Notes under the pieces: generated by a model | Told to the model about the DNA's origin: nothing | The model's input: the letters and a program-made list of their open reading frames with translations, nothing else | Databases searched by the model: none | Shown here: piece by piece, positions 61,939 through 64,000 of the stretch | Position numbering within the stretch: the first letter of the stretch is position 1 | Layout of the letters: each line of letters begins with the position of its first letter | Translations under genes and position numbers: made by a program | From: a virus | Lineage: Duplodnaviria; Heunggongvirae; Uroviricota; Caudoviricetes | Length of the DNA: 64,000 nt | Virus record (IMG/VR): IMGVR_UViG_3300049617_000342 | Location: 18,536 to 82,535 of that record | Strand: one strand, 5' to 3'

Positions 61939-64000
61939 CTAGCTCGCCTCCTCTATCTCGATGGACAGCGGCGAGACCTGGAGGTTGCTTGAGAACTCCA
62001 GGGTGTTGTTGGAGATCTCGTTGTAGTACTGGTCCAGGGTGACGCCCGCGATGTACCTCGGGACCCTCTGGCCGTTGACGTACGGCACCAGGGCGCCCCT
62101 GACGGTGCCGGCGAACGCGCCCACGGTGTAGGTGAAGTTCAGCTGGACCCTGGTCTTCCCGAGGACGTTGAACGTGGGCATGCAGTTGTTCGGGGTGCCC
62201 GAGTTGTCGGACATGACGAACGCGCTGGCGCCGGCTCCGGGGAGCACGGGGGCGTAGCTGGGCGTGCCCGTGGGGCCGGCGGTGCCGTCGGACCACCGCC
62301 TGGTCATGTACTTGAGGGTGGCGTTGGTCCCGGAGTTGTCGAGGGTGTAGATCAGGTTGACGTTGCCGCCCGAGAGGCTGGCGGAGAACGTGAGGCCCGT
62401 GGCCCCGGTGTAGCTGCCGCCGCTGGAGACCTGCGCCGTGGCCCCGTCGTTGACGAGCCAGGCCGTGCCCATCTCCTTGACCCCGTTCCTGAGGATGGAG
62501 AACTCCACGACGATGTTCTCGCTGCCCAGGGCGGTGACCGAGAACACGTTGGCGGTGGTGTTGTTGAGGAGCGTGCTGGTGACCGGGGCCGCCTGCTCCA
62601 TGAAGTCGACGCCGTTGAAGTACCTGAACGTCCTGTTGACTAGCCACGTGGTCCCGTTGAACTCGGTCAGCTGGTCGTGGAACTGGGTGCCCTGCTGGAC
62701 CACGAGGAGGTCCCCGCCGGCCGGGTCGTAGGGGCTGGCGAAGTCGGGCTGGGCGGTCCAGGCTATGGAGCCGGGCGTGGTGGTGCCGGCCAGGCCGCTG
62801 TCGTCCAGGACGGCGTGGTACACCTGGCCGCTGGTGAGGGTGTTGGTGCCGCCGAACGTGAACGTGTAGACGGTAGGCGTCGTGGTGAGGGTGGCGCTGT
62901 TGAGGGGCGCGCTGGTCTCGATCAGGGTGCCGGGCTGGCCCGCGCTGTCCGTGTAGACCTTGACGTACAGGTTCCCGCTCGGGGGCGGCGACAGGGTGGC
63001 GATGGAGAGCTGGAACTGGACGTCGTCCAGGAAGGCCGTGAAGCCGGCGGTGAACGTCTGGCCGAGGCTGACCGTGTTGAGCGTCTCGCTCTCGGTGGTG
63101 TTGGTCGAGAGGTTCTGCGCGAACACGACGGGGCTGGAGCCGCTGTTGAGCGCCGCGAACACCAGGCCCTGGTTGGTCTGGGGCGTCCACGTGGAGCCGC
63201 TGTCCGTCGAGAGGCTGAACTCTGGGGGCGACGTCGCGGGGACCTCGCCCATGCCGACCGCGATGTAGTGCAGGCCGCCGAGGCCGACTATATTCGTGAA
63301 GTCTATGACGAACCAGTACTGGGTGCCGCCCGTGAGCGCGGCGGTCAGGCTGGCCAGCTGCCACTGGGTGACGTTGCTGCTGTTGATCGTGCTGCCGGCC
63401 ACGGACACCGTCGCGCCCGGCACCAGGGTGCCCGGCTGGCCGGCGTTGTCGGTGAAGATGCTCAGCGTGTACGAGCCCGTGTAGCTGTTTAAGCTGCCCA
63501 GCTCGTAGAGCAGGGCCGTCAGGGTCTCGCTGGTCGCGGGCGTGAACGGCTGGGCCACCTGCGTCGTGGTGGCGGTGGCCTGGTAGTACGTGGTGTGGGT
63601 GTTGTTGAAGCACCCGGGGGCGCTGGACGATATGAGGCCCGAGCCCGTGGTGACCGCGAACAGGAGGTTGGCGTTGTTGCCGCTGTCCTGGATCGGCGTC
63701 CAGGTGGACCCGCTGTTCGAGCTGATGTTGGCCACGGCGTTGGTGATGAAGTTGTAGTCCTGGAACACCAGGACGAACCCGCTCCCGAACACCACGTTGC
63801 TGGCGTCCACGACCAGGTGGTAGGTCTGCCCGCTGGTCAGGGTGCCGCTGGAGAACGCGACGGTGACCGGGCTGGGGTTGTAGGGCGTGGTGGTGGCGAA
63901 GGGCAGCGAGGTCGCTAGGACCTGCACCACGTTCGTCACGTTCGTGCCGCTCGGTAGGCCGCCGCTGTCCGTCTGGATGCTGACGTTCAGGTAGCCGCCC
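61939..64000 (-). CDS. large repeat-containing structural protein, 5'-truncated by window edge
   Basis: The reading frame stays open from 63939 to the window end (…GGYLNVSIQTDSGGLPSGTNVTNVVQV…). The track 'start' is an internal GTG. There are two internal repeats around …D(N/S)AGQPGTL…. Confidence 0.5.
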   Translation of the reverse strand, partial: GGYLNVSIQTDSGGLPSGTNVTNVVQVLATSLPFATTTPYNPSPVTVAFSSGTLTSGQTYHLVVDASNVVFGSGFVLVFQDYNFITNAVANISSNSGSTWTPIQDSGNNANLLFAVTTGSGLISSSAPGCFNNTHTTYYQATATTTQVAQPFTPATSETLTALLYELGSLNSYTGSYTLSIFTDNAGQPGTLVPGATVSVAGSTINSSNVTQWQLASLTAALTGGTQYWFVIDFTNIVGLGGLHYIAVGMGEVPATSPPEFSLSTDSGSTWTPQTNQGLVFAALNSGSSPVVFAQNLSTNTTESETLNTVSLGQTFTAGFTAFLDDVQFQLSIATLSPPPSGNLYVKVYTDSAGQPGTLIETSAPLNSATLTTTPTVYTFTFGGTNTLTSGQVYHAVLDDSGLAGTTTPGSIAWTAQPDFASPYDPAGGDLLVVQQGTQFHDQLTEFNGTTWLVNRTFRYFNGVDFMEQAAPVTSTLLNNTTANVFSVTALGSENIVVEFSILRNGVKEMGTAWLVNDGATAQVSSGGSYTGATGLTFSASLSGGNVNLIYTLDNSGTNATLKYMTRRWSDGTAGPTGTPSYAPVLPGAGASAFVMSDNSGTPNNCMPTFNVLGKTRVQLNFTYTVGAFAGTVRGALVPYVNGQRVPRYIAGVTLDQYYNEISNNTLEFSSNLQVSPLSIEIEEAS

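Noticed and set aside
1-64000. CRISPR arrays, transposases, integrase, rRNA
   Set aside because: No regularly spaced direct repeats, no DDE/serine/tyrosine recombinase motifs, and no rRNA-like segments were seen.

Overview
The window is a GC-rich, gene-dense piece of a large tailed dsDNA phage genome, with almost no intergenic space and many start/stop overlaps (ATGA, GTGA, TGATG). All calls below rest on motif recognition in the supplied ORF translations; no database search was possible, so family-level calls are hypotheses. Start coordinates were refined by codon arithmetic from the ORF track, and some are GTG or TTG.

There are three transcription blocks. The minus-strand block at 168–35517 carries packaging genes (MuF-like head-morphogenesis protein, portal, HNH endonuclease, TerL, candidate TerS). 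It also carries a T4-like recombination/replication set (endonuclease VII, gp47/SbcD-like phosphoesterase, UvsX/RecA, gp32-like SSB, DnaG-type primase, DnaQ-like 3'-5' exonuclease), but the polymerase is a DnaE-type Pol III alpha with a tRNA-Arg(CCU) directly upstream. The rest of that block encodes translation factor IF-1 and an unusual run of envelope/chaperone genes: GroEL, a TM-anchored trypsin-like protease, a flotillin(SPFH)–NfeD pair, OMP-like beta-barrel, Cys-rich secreted proteins and many small TM proteins.

The plus-strand block at 35558–53148 encodes a PLP aminotransferase, a ribonucleotide reductase, a UvsW-like SF2 helicase, two paralogous P-loop kinases, a thymidylate-synthase/dNMP-hydroxymethylase-family enzyme, a 2OG-Fe(II)-oxygenase-like protein, a PTH2 peptidyl-tRNA hydrolase, lipoproteins, an OMP-like protein, two paralogous 4-Cys-motif proteins and ~20 small translationally coupled ORFs.

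The minus-strand block at 53145–64000 holds three giant fibre-like proteins that share an N-terminal module, one with tandem C1q/TNF-like repeats, plus further structural proteins; the last is truncated by the window edge.

The most interesting candidate system is a dispersed DNA-base hypermodification gene set: a ThyA-family hydroxymethylase, two P-loop kinases, a PLP enzyme and a 2OG oxygenase. Second is the phage-borne flotillin/NfeD + GroEL + protease envelope module.
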